The notes beneath the pieces were generated by a model. The model did not search any database. It had not been told where the DNA came from and was given only the letters and a program-made list of their open reading frames with translations. Of a stretch of 64,000 nucleotides of DNA, positions 37,891 to 51,000 are shown in pieces (the stretch's first letter is position 1; each line of letters begins with the position of its first letter). The translations under genes and the position numbers were made by a program. Source of the stretch: Carcharhinus longimanus (taxonomy: Eukaryota); the NCBI GenBank assembly GCA_030264375.1, contig JASCQW010000162.1, positions 85,217,343 to 85,281,342 on the forward strand, read 5' to 3'.

Positions 37891-39809
37891 CCTGACTAAA
37901 CAACCAGTTGCTTCTTAAATAGTCCCGGAATTTTCGACACCCACTACTCTGTCTCGAGCAGGATTTCCTATATTGATCATTGTTATAAAGAACAAAATCC
38001 TGATATCATCCTAAAAACCTCTGTTTTGAGCACTGCCTCTCTTTTAATACTGCCAAAGGCTAATTTAAAGGGATTTAACCTTACCTACAGTCTAATCTTA
38101 CATTGCTTCATAAACCAGCTCTTTTGCTATTTTCTATTACTGTCCAAATATTCCAAGGGCAATTATAGTCCAAGTCATACTCCAAAGCCACAGAAGAGGA
38201 GTTCACGATGTGGTCAAACAGGTCAAGTGTCAATCTGTCAATGCAAGCCAGTGGCAGACTGGAGAAATTCCTGGAAAATTCACAGATCAGCAATGATAGG
38301 AGCCACAGGCAGTTTCACTGAGTTTCATTTCAGTTCAGCTTTTTACAGCATTATCTAAAAAACTAATCTAAGTTTCTAAGTATCGAGAAAACGCAGAATG
38401 CTGCATGTTTAAGATTTGTTAGAATTAGAGGTTTCCCCTCGACATACTCAGAACAACAGAAGTGGAATACATTTCCGATGGCGGGGTGTTAAGAGAAATC
38501 CCCTCTTCAAAATTAGGACAATATTTCAAAGTGTAAAGTGGTAGATATTTGATTCAACTCCTCCAACATCTCTCCCTCTCACTTCAGGCAAAGCACAGAA
38601 GTGAAAAGTTATGTGAGATTTCACAATTCCTCTGGTGTCCTGCCTTTCTGTGAAGCAGGATAAGACATTCAGTTGGTGCATTTAAGATTGCAATGAGAAG
38701 CTTTTTGGACAGGAAGGGAATCTCAGAATATGGGGACTGTGGGAAGGAACATGGAGTTGGTGCTGAAGTTCAGTCATGACCTGCCTGAATGGAGAATCAG
38801 GCAGTTTGACGGCTTACACAGCATCGATTTTACCTTCTTGTCTCTCGCTGATGACAGATCAGAAAGGACTGCCTTTACTGTGATCAATGATTCAGGTGTC
38901 CCATTCAAAGTTCAGGAATCAGAAAGGGATTGCTAACCAAAGTCGGAAAACAGCCAAGTAACAGCCTGACGTACTCTCCAGTTCAGGGAGCGGAATTAAA
39001 TGTGAATCGGGATATAATTCATTTTGAATGCTACAATTTAAGTTAATTGGAGGAGGTAGTTCCTGAGCTGGTGTACTTACATAGCATATTTCTAACCAAA
39101 TGATCGGACAGTACTTCAGCAATGGATTCGAACTCTTTTGTCATTGACGTTTGAAGGAGTTTTTAGAAGCAAAGTCAAAGATCATGTCAAACTTCAATGA
39201 ACAAGCAAGTGTTTGTTTAAAAAAAATACATAGAACAATGTGTCTTAGGCAGCTGATTGTGATGCTCTAACTAAAAGCATTTGATATGCAGCAACTAAAA
39301 TGCTATGATAACTGAGTGCACAGACGGTTAGTTTAGTAGCAGAGATCCGTATAATGCGCCAAGTTCCTTTCACCATTCTGATATCGCACAATGCAAGTGT
39401 TAACTGCAATAATCTGAAGCAATACAACTGGGGACATTACAGCTTGTAACGAGCTATATCTTCCTCTCATGAAGTGATAATGGACATTTATAAATAAAAA
39501 TTGCAGTCTTACTTTTGTATCACAGATCAGCAGAATGAATAGAATAAATTTTATAATCAACAAATGTGTTGCTTTTATCTGTCCAAATAGAAAGTACTTA
39601 GGTGAGAGTGCAGTTGAAAACAGCTTTCCAACTGAAAGTTGGAAATTACCCCTCGTTGTGATACAGTCGGCAGCAAATAGGTCACCATTGGAAAAAAGCT
39701 TTTTATTTTAAAATGAGATTCTACTTTGTCTTTCTAATGTCACTCCTCAATATCTGCTTCCAGAAACTAACTTAGGTTCCTTAGTTAGTCTAAAAGGGAT
39801 GATGCAGCA

Positions 39810-40185
39810 CGCAGAGAGATTGGGGGTGGGCAGAGGCAAGGGAGGGAAGAGGAAGAGGGAGACTGCAAGATAAAGAGGACCAGAGAGAGAGAGAAAAAAA
39901 AAATAGGGCGGGGAAAGGTGTAGTGAGACGGTAGGGGAAGAGCGAGGCCACAAGACAAAGAGAGGACCATAAAGAGGGGAAAACAAAAGAGGGTGAGAGG
40001 TGCAAGAGAGAGGGTGGGGAAGAAGGAGGCCACAAGATAGAGAGAGAGAGAGGATCACAGAGAGAGAAGGGATGGTGTAATAGAGAGAAGGGGAAGTGCA
40101 ATACAGGGGGAGGGGGGGAGAAGGAGCAGAGAGATGGAGGGGTGTTGGGTGCATGCGAGGGATATATAATAGAGCAAGAGTGAGT
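39810..40185. repeat. Purine-rich (GA) low-complexity tract
   Basis: Long AG/GA runs; source of the Ser/Leu/Pro-rich spurious minus-strand ORFs. Confidence 0.8.
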
Positions 40186-40824
40186 GTTTTGCCAAGGCAT
40201 ACCAAATGAGTCTGAGAAACAAGATGACATTTACATGCAGGCATCTTTGAATCTATTCTGACACAAAATCTAAAGGGGATGAACTAGTCTGGGAGACATT
40301 CAGTGATGGACAATGGGCATACGTGCATTCTTCATTTCAACTATTTATCCCCTCATTTATGAAATGTACAGATCCCTGTCAGGATATCATTCCACTGTGC
40401 TGTAATCCATCAGGAGCTAGGTGTCTCAGTGCGAGTCTCGATAGTGAGTGCTAGCAAGTTGTTGGATAAAATTGCTGCTGTGGTCAGTCTTGTCTCAACT
40501 TGGCTTTTGTCCTTCTCGCAGACAATCACCAAATATTCATCAGGCAAAACCAGGATTTGCTATCCTATCCCAGAGACCCCAAGTCCTGTGTTGTTTGCTC
40601 TACCAACACCGCTGTTTTTTGCCAAGGTCTCAGACTGAACCTTGACCTTGCCTGAAGGTCCCAACAAAACTGCATGGGAGTTTGCACTTTAGGGCAGCAC
40701 TGATGGCAAAGCATCATGGTGTGAAGAGGGACATCAACCCGAGTCATCAGTGAAAGAGGCAAACGCAACCCCTCTGTTAACACAGACATCAACAACGAAA
40801 ACAGATTGCAAGAAGTGCTCTTAC

Positions 40825-40950
40825 CCCTGGAGTAAGGAAGAGGTTGATGTGCTTGTGAAGGAGGGCTTGGTTCTGTGGGTTGCCAGCACAGAAATTTTGC
40901 AGAAACTTGTGTGCCAGTTTCATAATCTCTTGCATTCGGATATCTTCAGC
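40825..40950 (-). CDS. ITPR1: ITPR1 coding exon (~exon 31)
   Basis: cttcag|GCT GAA ... CCA GGG|gtaaga; [42 protein letters not shown]; 126 nt, phase 0-0. Confidence 0.97.
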
Positions 40951-41349
40951 CTGAAGAGGACATAGGAAAAGTGGTTACTCAATTTCCGATCAGAAATAAA
41001 CAGTATAGTTGCACTCTGCCATGGACCAATGGTTGAGATTGTACAAAACAGGCATTAGCAAATCAATAAACCGTCGTATTAATTGGCTAAGCAGGCTCAA
41101 GGGGCTGAATTGCTTATTCCTGCTCTTAGTTCTTATGTTCTGAGAGCCTCTCTCACGTTCCTCAACCNNNNNNNNNNNNNNNNNNNNNNNNNNNNNNNNN
41201 NNNNNNNNNNNNNNNNNNNNNNNNNNNNNNNNNNNNNNNNNNNNNNNNNNNNNNNNNNNNNNNNNNNTTTATTTCAAAAGAATCATAGAGAATAAACCAT
41301 TTTGCCTACTTTCCATTTGCTGGCTGTTCAGTAGACTTATTGAATTAAA

Positions 41350-43765
41350 CTTATTTATTTGGTTTTCATCCATGGGCCATTATCCTAGACAAGGTAGTGG
41401 TGAGCCACCTTCTTTAAAGGCTGTAGTCCATGTGGTAAAGATACAGCCACAATGCCAAGACAGAATTTTAGCATTTGACCCAATGGCAATGAAGGAATGG
41501 CTAAAAAAAGAATTGCAGGCAGTGATGTTTCAATGTGTCTGCTGCCCTTGTTCTTCTAAGATTTAGATAATGTCAAAGGCAGGTTAGTGAGTTGCTGCAG
41601 TACATCTCGTCAAAGATGCATCCTGCAGCCATGGCGGGAGCGAATGTTCGCTGGGATGCCAAACAGGTTATTTTGTCCTGGATGATGTCAAATCTCAAGT
41701 GTTGCTGGGAGTTGCACATCACACTGGCCCTGGCAAGAGAAGACAGTATTTGTGTGGCCGGTCCAGTTCAGTTTCTGATTAAGGGTGACCTCAAGGATGT
41801 TGATGGTGCAGGCTTCAGCAATGTCAATGCCTTTGAATGTTAAGAGGAGGTGGTTAGACTCTGTTGTTGAAGACAATTAGCAGCAGGCATTTGTGTGGTG
41901 CAAATGTTATCAGCACAAGCCTGAATGCTGTCCGGTTCTTGCCGAGTGTGGATATAGACTGTTTTAACATCTGACTTATAAATTGGACTGGATATTGTGC
42001 AAATGATACTAAACATTGCGAACACCCTCACTTCTGACCTTATAATAGAAGGAAAGTAATTGATGAAGTAGCTGAAAGCAGTTAAGCCAAGGACACTATG
42101 CTGAGGAACTCCTACACTGATGCCCTGAGACTGAGGTGATTAGTTCTAGCAATAGAAGATGATTGTGTTTGCTGAAAGTGTGACTCTGAACAATGGAGAT
42201 AACGTCCCCACCTTCCAATTCCCCTTGATTTGAATTTGGTTAAGAATCATTGATGCTACATTGGGTCAAATGCTGCCCTGACATCAAAGACAGTTTCTCT
42301 TTTCTCACGTCTGGAATTCCAGGATCAGTCAAAAACAGATCTCATTACAATTCAGCTATTTTGCCCATGTTTGGAGCAAGGCTGTAATGAAATCTGGAGT
42401 CAACTGATCCTGATGGAATCCTAACTAAGCATCTGTGAGTGGTTTTGCTGAGCAAGTGCTGCTTGATAGCACTGCTGATAATCTATTCCATTCACTTTAC
42501 TGATGATCAAGAGGAAACTGATGAGGAGATAATTGGCTGGGTTGTGGGCAGGATATTCCAGGGTAATTTTTCCACATTGCTGGGAAGATGTCAGTGTTGT
42601 TGTACTGGAACAGCTCAGCTATGGGCACAACCAATTCTGGAGCACACATCTTCAGTACTATTGCCACAATGTTGTCAGGGCCCATAGCCTTTAACTGTTT
42701 CTTGATATGGTGTGGAGTGAATCAAATTGGCTGAAGTGTGGCATCTGTAACATCTATGACCTCAGGAGGTCAAGATGGATCATTCCCTTGGCCTTTCTGG
42801 CAGGAAGTGCTTGCAAATCCTTCAATCCTGCCTTTTGCATAGATGTGCTGGGCTCCCCCATTATTGAGGATGGGATATTTGTGGAGCCTCCTCCTCTAAT
42901 CAGTTGCTTAACTGGCCACTGCCATTTACAGCCTGATGATCCATTGATTGTAAGGTTACTTAGCTCTGACTACGGCATGCCGCTTCTGCAGTTTGGCCTG
43001 TGTATTGTCCTGTGTTGCAGCTTCACCAGGTTGACACCTCATTTTTAGCTATGACTGGCTCTGCTCATGTACTGCTCGTCTACATACTTCTGGATGGTAG
43101 AGCGAAGGATATGGTAGGTCATGAGAGTTACAGATTGTCATCAATGGCAATTCTGTTGCTGCTGATGCAAACAGCACCATATGGCTGAACAGTTTGACTT
43201 GTACATGCTGCAGGACTCAGCCAGCTTAGTCAGTAGTGTCACTCTTGGTAATGATCATTAAAGACCCCAAACAGAGTACACTCTGTGCCCTTCTATCGTC
43301 ACTGCTGCTTCCCACTGCTGTCCCAAAAAGGAGCAGCATTCATTCATAAAGGGCCTTAGGTGGTAATCAGCAGGAGATTTCCTGATTCACGTATGGCCTG
43401 ATGCCATGAGACCTCATAAGGTTCACAGTCAATGTTGAAGACGCCCAGTGCCACCCGCTCCAACCACATACCACTGCCTGTGAGAGGCATAGGCTATAAC
43501 TGATGATCTAGAGGCTATGACTATGAAAGGTGGGTGCTTTATTAGTCATTGGGGCAACTCTCCCAATTTTGATTTAAACCCCCAGATGTTAGGTGAGGAG
43601 GCAGGGATGACAGGGCTGGATGTGCCTTTATTGTGTCTAGCATCAAGATTGACACTGGATGATCCATCTGCTTTTACTCGTACTATATTTCTGCATAGCA
43701 GTTTGATACAACTGAGTGATTCTCTGAACCATTTCTGAGGGCAGTTAAGAGTCAATCGCACTGTT
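41350..43765 (-). mobile_element. Old CR1-clade LINE remnant (same family as 24070), from endonuclease N-terminus to 3' end
   Basis: NIWGFKSKLGEL (APE start), GPDNIVAIVLKMCAPEL..P.AELFQ, ILEVTLNQKLNW; many frameshifts. Confidence 0.8.
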
Positions 43766-44478
43766 TCCCTGCTCTTTCCCCATAGCCCTGCATCTTTTTT
43801 TTAAAACTTTTGCAATATTTCTCCAACTTTCTTTTGGCAGTTGTGATTGAATCAGCTTCCACCACATCTGCAGACCACAACAACTCGCTGTGTTAAATAA
43901 TGTTTCCCAATGTCACTTCTGGCACTTTGGCCAATTTGAAAACAAGTCAATAGGAGAGATATAAAATGGACTGCTGACTCACTACCAATCACGCAAAGTC
44001 AAAATTTACCCCGGAACATGCATTTATTTTGTAATGAAAAGCCACGCGACAGTCATTTAAAAGCTGATTCCTAGGATATATCACATCCAGTACAGGGACA
44101 GTTATTAATTTGGCACAACACTACTCCTGCTGCTCCACAGGAGAACTTTATTACTGTACTCTGCTTAAAAGGAGCCAAAAGGTGGCCATATTGCTTCACA
44201 ATTAAGCCACTCAATGAAGGATTGCAATCACCAGAGTGTATGTCCACAATGATGCACAGGGTCAGGGATCCAACATGGAGACAACTTATGATGGTCACTT
44301 TAAAGATTTTAGCAATTAAAAGTTTATTGCCCAGAATAGTGGTTAGAAGTGAAATTAAATTTGAAATTAATAAATGGAAGCAAACGATCCTTCTTTAACT
44401 TGAATTTATTCTTTCCTCCAAGAACTTTCTCATATCCTGCAGCATGATCCTAGCATGGCACTTTGGACCGGGCAGTAC

Positions 44479-44616
44479 CTTTTCATAAGGAATCTGCAGA
44501 AGGTCGAGGACCACTGTGTGGGCCCCCATATTCCTCAGTAACCTCTGCTGCTGCTTGCGGCTTTTCCTCACGGACGAGCTTTCTTGCACGCACAGCTTGC
44601 TGAGCCGGATCAAGAC
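44479..44616 (-). CDS. ITPR1: ITPR1 coding exon (~exon 30)
   Basis: ttgcag|GTC TTG ... GAA AAG|gtactg; [46 protein letters not shown]; 138 nt, phase 0-0; start of the second RIH region. Confidence 0.97.
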
Positions 44617-44839
44617 CTGCAAAAGGCAAAATGCAGATGACGCTCTTCGAACAAATAACTGTGCAACCCAGACAATGTAACTCTATATTCTGCACCCTCT
44701 CTTTTCCTTCTCCCCTATGCGCTCTGTGCTTTGCACATATAGTGTGCAAGAAACAGTACTTTTCACTCTATCCCAATAGATGTGATAATAATAAATCAAA
44801 TAAAATCACTGTGCGTGCACTAGAAGGCAGTGGCCTCAC

Positions 44840-44929
44840 CTCCTTTATGACACGATAGTTCTTGCTGCTGGTGCTTTCAATTGTGGGCACCACATCAGAA
44901 CTGGCAATCTGACCTTTCGCAAAATCACC
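44840..44929 (-). CDS. ITPR1: ITPR1 coding exon (~exon 29)
   Basis: acacag|GGT GAT ... AAG GAG|gtgagg; GDFAKGQIASSDVVPTIESTSSKNYRVIKE (C-terminal half matches recalled ESTSSYNYRVVKE); 90 nt, phase 0-0. The acceptor is less certain than the donor. Confidence 0.88.
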
Positions 44930-45014
44930 CTGTGTGGGAAAACACGTAGATATTTATTCATTTGCACAATACAATATTTCTTCCCTTAAATAATAGCATC
45001 ACAGTTCTTAAAAA

Positions 45015-45344
45015 CCATGATATCATAGAATCCTACAGAGCAGGAGGCGGCCAGTTGGCCCATCGAGTCCACACCAACTACAGTCCCTCCAAGGCCCTAT
45101 CTCCATAACCCCATGCATTTACCTTAGCTAGACCCCCCACCCCCCCCAATTCTAAGGGGCAATTTAGTGTGGTAAATCCACCGAACCCCCACATTTTTAG
45201 ACTGCGAGGGGAAACTGAAGCACCTGAAGGAAACTCACGCAGACACGAGGAGAATGTGCAAACTCCACACATAGTGACCTAAGCCAGGGATTGAACCTGG
45301 GTCAGCGAGGCAGCAGTGCTAACCACTGTGCCACCATGCCGCCC
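45015..45344 (-). mobile_element. HE1-like SINE
   Basis: Reverse-complement HE1; begins ~85 nt from the exon acceptor at 44930. Confidence 0.85.
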
Positions 45345-45854
45345 ATATATTTATATGAAATATGTTAACAAGAGGTTTTAAACACAAACAAACGTCAACC
45401 GACCTTATTCAGCCTCTAACAGAATTATACTGCCTTCTCCCACCAATTCAAATACATCACTGTTCAGTATATGAATTGAGGTCTGACAGTCATTTTCATC
45501 ATCTTAGCAATTGAAGTTTAACACCCAGGATGATGGTTTAAACTAAGGTTAAATCTGAAGTGAGTGGTTAGAACTGAGTGATCTTCTTGAACTCCAATTT
45601 ATTTTTTCCTCCAAGTACTTCCTTGTACTCTTAACATCTCAATGTTATTAATGGTATAGAAAGGATGGTCCTATTAGGAGACTTGAACAGTTCAAGATGT
45701 AGCAGCGCCCTCTGAGCTCACTATCCTCTCCTAACCTCACCCTGTGTATAAATTCTCCACTGCACATGTATGAGTCTCATTTTCCAGCTTCTCCAATGGA
45801 CTGAGGGAAAAAAAAAGTCCCTAAATACAATGAATCCATTAGTGCTTCAATTTA

Positions 45855-46151
45855 GAACCACTGAATCCGTACAGTGCAGAGAGGGGCACCATTTGGCCCA
45901 ATAAGTCTGCAGCAACTCTCTGAAAAAGCAGCCCACCCAGGCCTTCCCCTCCACACTACCCCTGTAGCTCTATGCATTTGCCATGGCCAATCCACCTAAC
46001 CTACACATCTTTGGCCCATGGAAGGAAACTAGAGCACAGAGGAAACCCATGCACAGGGGAGAACATACAAACTCCACAGACAGTCACCCAAGTCCGGAAT
46101 TGAACCCAGGTCCCTGGCGCTATGAGGCAGCAGTGCTATCCACTGTGCCAT
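45855..46151 (-). mobile_element. HE1-like SINE
   Basis: Reverse-complement HE1 head, core and tail. Confidence 0.8.
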
Positions 46152-46242
46152 CCTTTAAATTGTGGTCTGCCAATTGTGTGCCTGGGGTTTGACAAATTAT
46201 GCAGGTTTTGTTGCATCACCTATCTAGGGGAAGACATCATAC

Positions 46243-46425
46243 CTCTTTCTTCTTCTTCAACTCACTGCTGCCAGTTGAATTCTCCCCACCTTCCATTGAC
46301 TCATCATGGGCATGTCCCTTGTAAACCCACAGCTCCGACTTCTCCACCAGCAACCTCAGCTGGTCCAGGTCAGCTTTGATTTGTTTGTAGTTTTCCACGT
46401 CCTGGCTTGTAACAAGCAGCTGGAC
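46243..46425 (-). CDS. ITPR1: ITPR1 coding exon (~exon 28)
   Basis: cctcag|GTC CAG ... AAA GAG|gtatga; [61 protein letters not shown]; 183 nt, phase 0-0. Confidence 0.96.
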
Positions 46426-46917
46426 CTGAGGAACATTACAAGCGATCCAGCAATTAAATTCAAAAAGCTGTCATGAAACAGGCATTAGTTTTGCAGTGCC
46501 TTGTTCATTTACAGACCCTGTAGTCCAAATATTTCATTAAGTAATTATACTGCTGCTCTTTCACTCAAGATTGTGAAATCTGGAAAGAGGTTGAAAGTGA
46601 GTGGTTCCGATAGCCCTCCAAGGCCAACATGAGGAAGTCCTTCCTGTAAAAGAATATTTTACAGCATCTGACAGAAATGGTAAGGGGAAAGAGAAGGATA
46701 GAGCTATTTGGGATTCTACTGTGGTTTGCCTGACAAAGTTTATTTTCTTCAAGCACCCAGCCATTTTCTGGTTTGAATCATTTCGACCAAATGGCACAAC
46801 TTCTGGTGGTGGCAGGAACTGACACAACCTGCATCATTGCTTGGGGAGTGGAAAAAAAATAAACTAAATGTAAAAATACCAGTGAGTCACAAGTTATACA
46901 TGCTGGGAAAAAGATCA

Positions 46918-47082
46918 CAGGTCGAAATTTTACTGTGCCACCCACTACGGGAATCTGAATGGGCAAGGGGAGCAGCGTGGGAGGGTCCGCTGACCTCGGG
47001 CCACATTTTACAGCCTCGCTCATCCCAAAAATGTAAAATGATTTCACATTTTTGTGATGAGTGAGGCTGTAAAGTCCAGCCC
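46918..47082. mobile_element. Short MITE-like element with an internal 28-bp inverted repeat
   Basis: Imperfect terminal inversion ggtcgaaattttac...gtaaagtccagccc; internal arms 47007-47034 and 47046-47073. Confidence 0.5.
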
Positions 47083-47777
47083 ACGATTTCCTTAATGACA
47101 GGATGAAGGAGGCTGTCACATTTCTGTTTTAGTTCATCTTGGGGGTAAAAGTCACTGTGCCCACCAAAGTAGCATTTCATTTTTGTGACAAGAATGAATT
47201 AATGGATAATTTATTTGAATACACTTAAATTAGTTGGTAGGATCAAGGCTGGGTGACATTTCAGTCACAGAGAGGTTTGGCCAAATCAGATTAAAAATAT
47301 TACTATTATGGTAGAAGTGATTCTCTGGGGGTTAAATTCACACAGTAGTAAAGCTTAAAAATGCAAATTAGGATTTAGACAAATAGTGTGACAAGGGTAG
47401 TGGAAGCAGAGATGACAAATATTTGAAGAAAATAAACTTGCAGAGTTACAGGGAGAGAGTGAAGGAATCAGGCTGACCAGATTGCTTTACCGAGAGTCAG
47501 CATGAATTGGAGGGCAGATTAGCCTTCTAAAACCTGATCGCTACTCTATGAAGAGGAAAGTTAACCTGACAATTACAATGCAGGTTTACTTCTATTGAAT
47601 TGATGATGTTTCAATTCCAAGAAGCCCAAACACAAGTTGTCAACTGAGAATAGGTTCTTGTAATAAGGATAGTCAGATAGGTTAACCAGCCGATGANNNN
47701 NNNNNNTGTGCCTTAACTTCCCAATAAAATCATCACAGGAAGTTAGGTCTTGTGATTAAGAGCACGGATACCTTCTA

Positions 47778-48090
47778 AAATCATGGAATCCCAACAGTAC
47801 TGAAGGAGGCCATTTGGCCTATCAAATCTGCAATGACACTCTGATAGAGCATCCCATCCAGGCTCTATCCTATAAGTCTACACATTTGTGTGATTAATAC
47901 CCCCTTATCCACACATCCTCGGACACTAAGCATGGCCAACCTAACTTGTACATCTTTGGATAGCGGGAGGAAACTAGAGCACCCAGAAGAAACCCCACGG
48001 AGACACAGGGAGAATGTGCAAACTGCACACAGACAGTGACCCAAGCCAGGAATCGAACCCAGATCCCTGGTGTTGAGGCAGCATCGCTAT
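47778..48090 (-). mobile_element. HE1-like SINE
   Basis: Reverse-complement HE1 motifs; head slightly truncated. Confidence 0.8.
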
Positions 48091-51000
48091 GATAATTGTT
48101 ACTACGATGCCAATCAATCAATCTCTGCAACCAGAAATTTACAGCATTTACAATTTAGAGCATTTAATCCCATTCCTGCAGTTAGCAAATTGTTAAGAGA
48201 TTTTAAAAACATAAACCAATCTTTCTAACCCTACTTTTCTTTCTGAATCTGATTGGACTTGAATTCATGATCTTCCTCATTCTTTGGTTTCTTTCTCAAA
48301 CCTTAAATCTCATTGGTTGGGGAGATGAAATGCTGCTGCCACTATTTACTAAGCTCTGGGTCTTCACTACACCATTATCAGTTCACACTTCCAGCAAGTC
48401 ATGAAGCAAAATTAATAAATAAATTGCAGTAAAATGTTGAAGGAACATGCCATGCTGCAAGTCATCCCGCCCCAGCAAAGTTGGTTCAAATTACATGGGG
48501 GTCCTCCCAGGGGCCGAACTGGAAATCAGGCAGCGAGTACACAATGTCTAAATGCAAGACATTCGGATCACTTACTGGTTTAAGCAACATTGCTTTCCAC
48601 AAGGGAATATTCAGAGCAAGCTTGAAGCTCTGTTACAAGTACAGCTTCAAAGTGACTTCCCTGGTGACATCTGCCACTTTGCAGCCAGAGCAATTTGATA
48701 TTCTTGAAAAAATGAAACGGATTTCAGTAATTTAAAAGACAAGAGTCTGTTTGTCAAAATTGACAAATCCTTTATTTTCAGTGTTATCAGCATCAAGCAC
48801 TCCCAAAGTCAGCTACACCACACACATATTCATCAGCTGTCATTGTGATTGAAGAATTTCTTCACGCTGCCCGTCTATCATTAGCCATTGTCCTTAAGGG
48901 GGTGTAGGCCTTTTTTTCTCTGAGGGAAACAGCTATTTGTACTTTGACGGGTATAACTCTGCATCAAGCTTGGCTGACCAAGAATCTCTCTTGCTCTTTC
49001 AGTCTGCCATGAGTGAGTTGGAAAGATTAGCAGGATGATTATTAACTTGCTTTGGCCACGTCGCAAACATTCCATAGCCAACGAGTCCGGCAGCGGGACT
49101 TGAACCCAGAGTTTCTAGCTCAGAAGCAAGGGCGTTCCCCACTGAGCCACAAGAGCACCACTTATATTGCAACTGCACTTATAAAGAGCAACATTACAGT
49201 TTCACTGTATGTGGTAGGGCTGGGTTTTATATTCTGTGTCATAAAAGCTTCTCAGTGTATTGTGAATCTTCCAGTTTCCAGCCAACACATTCTGTGGCTT
49301 CAGAGGGAATCTAAATCAGGGACTTGACGCACTGTGATCTTGCATCCACAGTAACTAGGTTCCAATTGCCTGAGCTCATTTCACCCTAAAACCACGCACA
49401 GAACGAGATGACTTTCACTAGCAGTCTGAACGATATCCAAGCACAGCTCCCACATTGGCAGGCAGTCTCTTACAAGTTCATCTCCTTACTCTGCCATCAG
49501 ACAAAAATGACAGGTAGAAAAATTTNNNNNNNNNNNNNNNNNNNNNNNNNNNNNNNNNNNNNNNNNNNNNNNNNNNNNNNNNNNNNNNNNNNNNNNNNNN
49601 NNNNNNNNNNNNNNNNNNNNNNNNNCAAACAGACAACAAGGACAGGTAGAAAAATTGCACCCCCCCCGCCCCCCCGCCACTCATGAGAGGTGGGAGTTCC
49701 ATGACCAGAACATTTTTAATGCCCTCAATCTTTCCACCCTGCCCAGCTATGTAATTCCCATGCACAAAACATCCCAAAAACATTCAGTCAACAATGACAA
49801 TACCATCAAAAACTCACCCCCTCAGTTAATCAAAGCCAGCCCTAAAGCTGACAAGGGCTATTTATCTCGCTATCTTTCTTTGCAATTACTTTCTGCCCAT
49901 GAATAATCGATATTGCCCAAGTTCACTCTCCAGTGTCCTTCCAAGCTTTCATCAGCCTGTCCTCTGATTGCAGTCTGCGCCAACATATTCTTATCAATTT
50001 GCTTCACCAGTGTTTAGTGTCCCAGCAAGTCTTGCAGCCTCACTGTTCTCCTGGACGACAGCAGGGTGTGCATGCATCCTACCCCCTGCACATTCCCCAA
50101 AACTTCAGCAGGCTCATCTCCTGCCAGTCTCAGACTAGAGTAGCAGGATGCTTAGGGTGGGGTGAGGCCTCGACATCAGTCAAAACGCCCACTAACCTAG
50201 CATTCTGTGACGTGGTGAGCAAGGGCCACCATTCAATGAGGCTGACTATTAAGAAAGTCTCTGATGGATCAGATCAGCTGATGACTATGAAGATGGAGGA
50301 AAGGTCTCAGAAGCAAATGGTCTTTAATTATACAGGCTCACCTGATCATTATAATCAGTCAATGTTCTGTCAAGAACTGTAATGTCTGTGATAGGCCTCC
50401 CACCCTAAGTGGCACCATGCACAAGCCCATCTATGCATGGCTCTATTCAAAACCAAATTGACGATCTCAGAAAACCTTGGTAAGACACTCAAAAAATTTC
50501 AATTGATTGCTAAAGCTGAAAATGCTCAACTAATTTAAAGAAGTACCTGGATTGGCATCTGAAATGCTGTAATCTGTAAACTACAGGCCAGGTGTTGGAA
50601 AGTGGAATTTCATCCCTTTTTGTTGGCCATCACAGATCGATGGGCTGAATGCCCCCTATCTGCACCATGGTAATCAAAAAGTTGATCTGTTTGCAAAACT
50701 TTATTCACACAAAAGTGGATTAGAAACACAAGGTAATTATCTTTAAAGTTCCTGCAGCAAATCAGACAATCCAACACAAATACTAGACAAACTTATTTTC
50801 TCTTCATTTTTAAATACTCATCATTTACAAAGGTTACCAATCTCCCCTGCGTCACTCAATAAAGAAAGGCCAAGAAGTCAACAGGCCAGGGTTTGCCTGC
50901 ATTTGTTTAAACATGAAGCATAGTTTAAAACAACCAAGAATAATGGGTAGTCTCTCCATTTGCACATGTAACTTGGCTAATGCAAAGAGCAACGTTCATA

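Noticed and set aside
6846-48090. HE1 orientation polarity (all plus left of 34.3 kb, all minus right of 45 kb)
   Set aside because: Only eight copies, too few to claim selection beyond the specific inverted pair reported.
49070-49160. tRNA-like A/B-box sequences here and at SINE heads
   Set aside because: They are degenerate SINE heads continuing into repeat bodies, with no complete cloverleaf.
49499-49656. Near-duplicate gacaggtagaaaa on both sides of a gap; also the 14-nt duplication at 27311-27340
   Set aside because: Gap-adjacent duplications are most simply assembly overlaps or target-site duplications.
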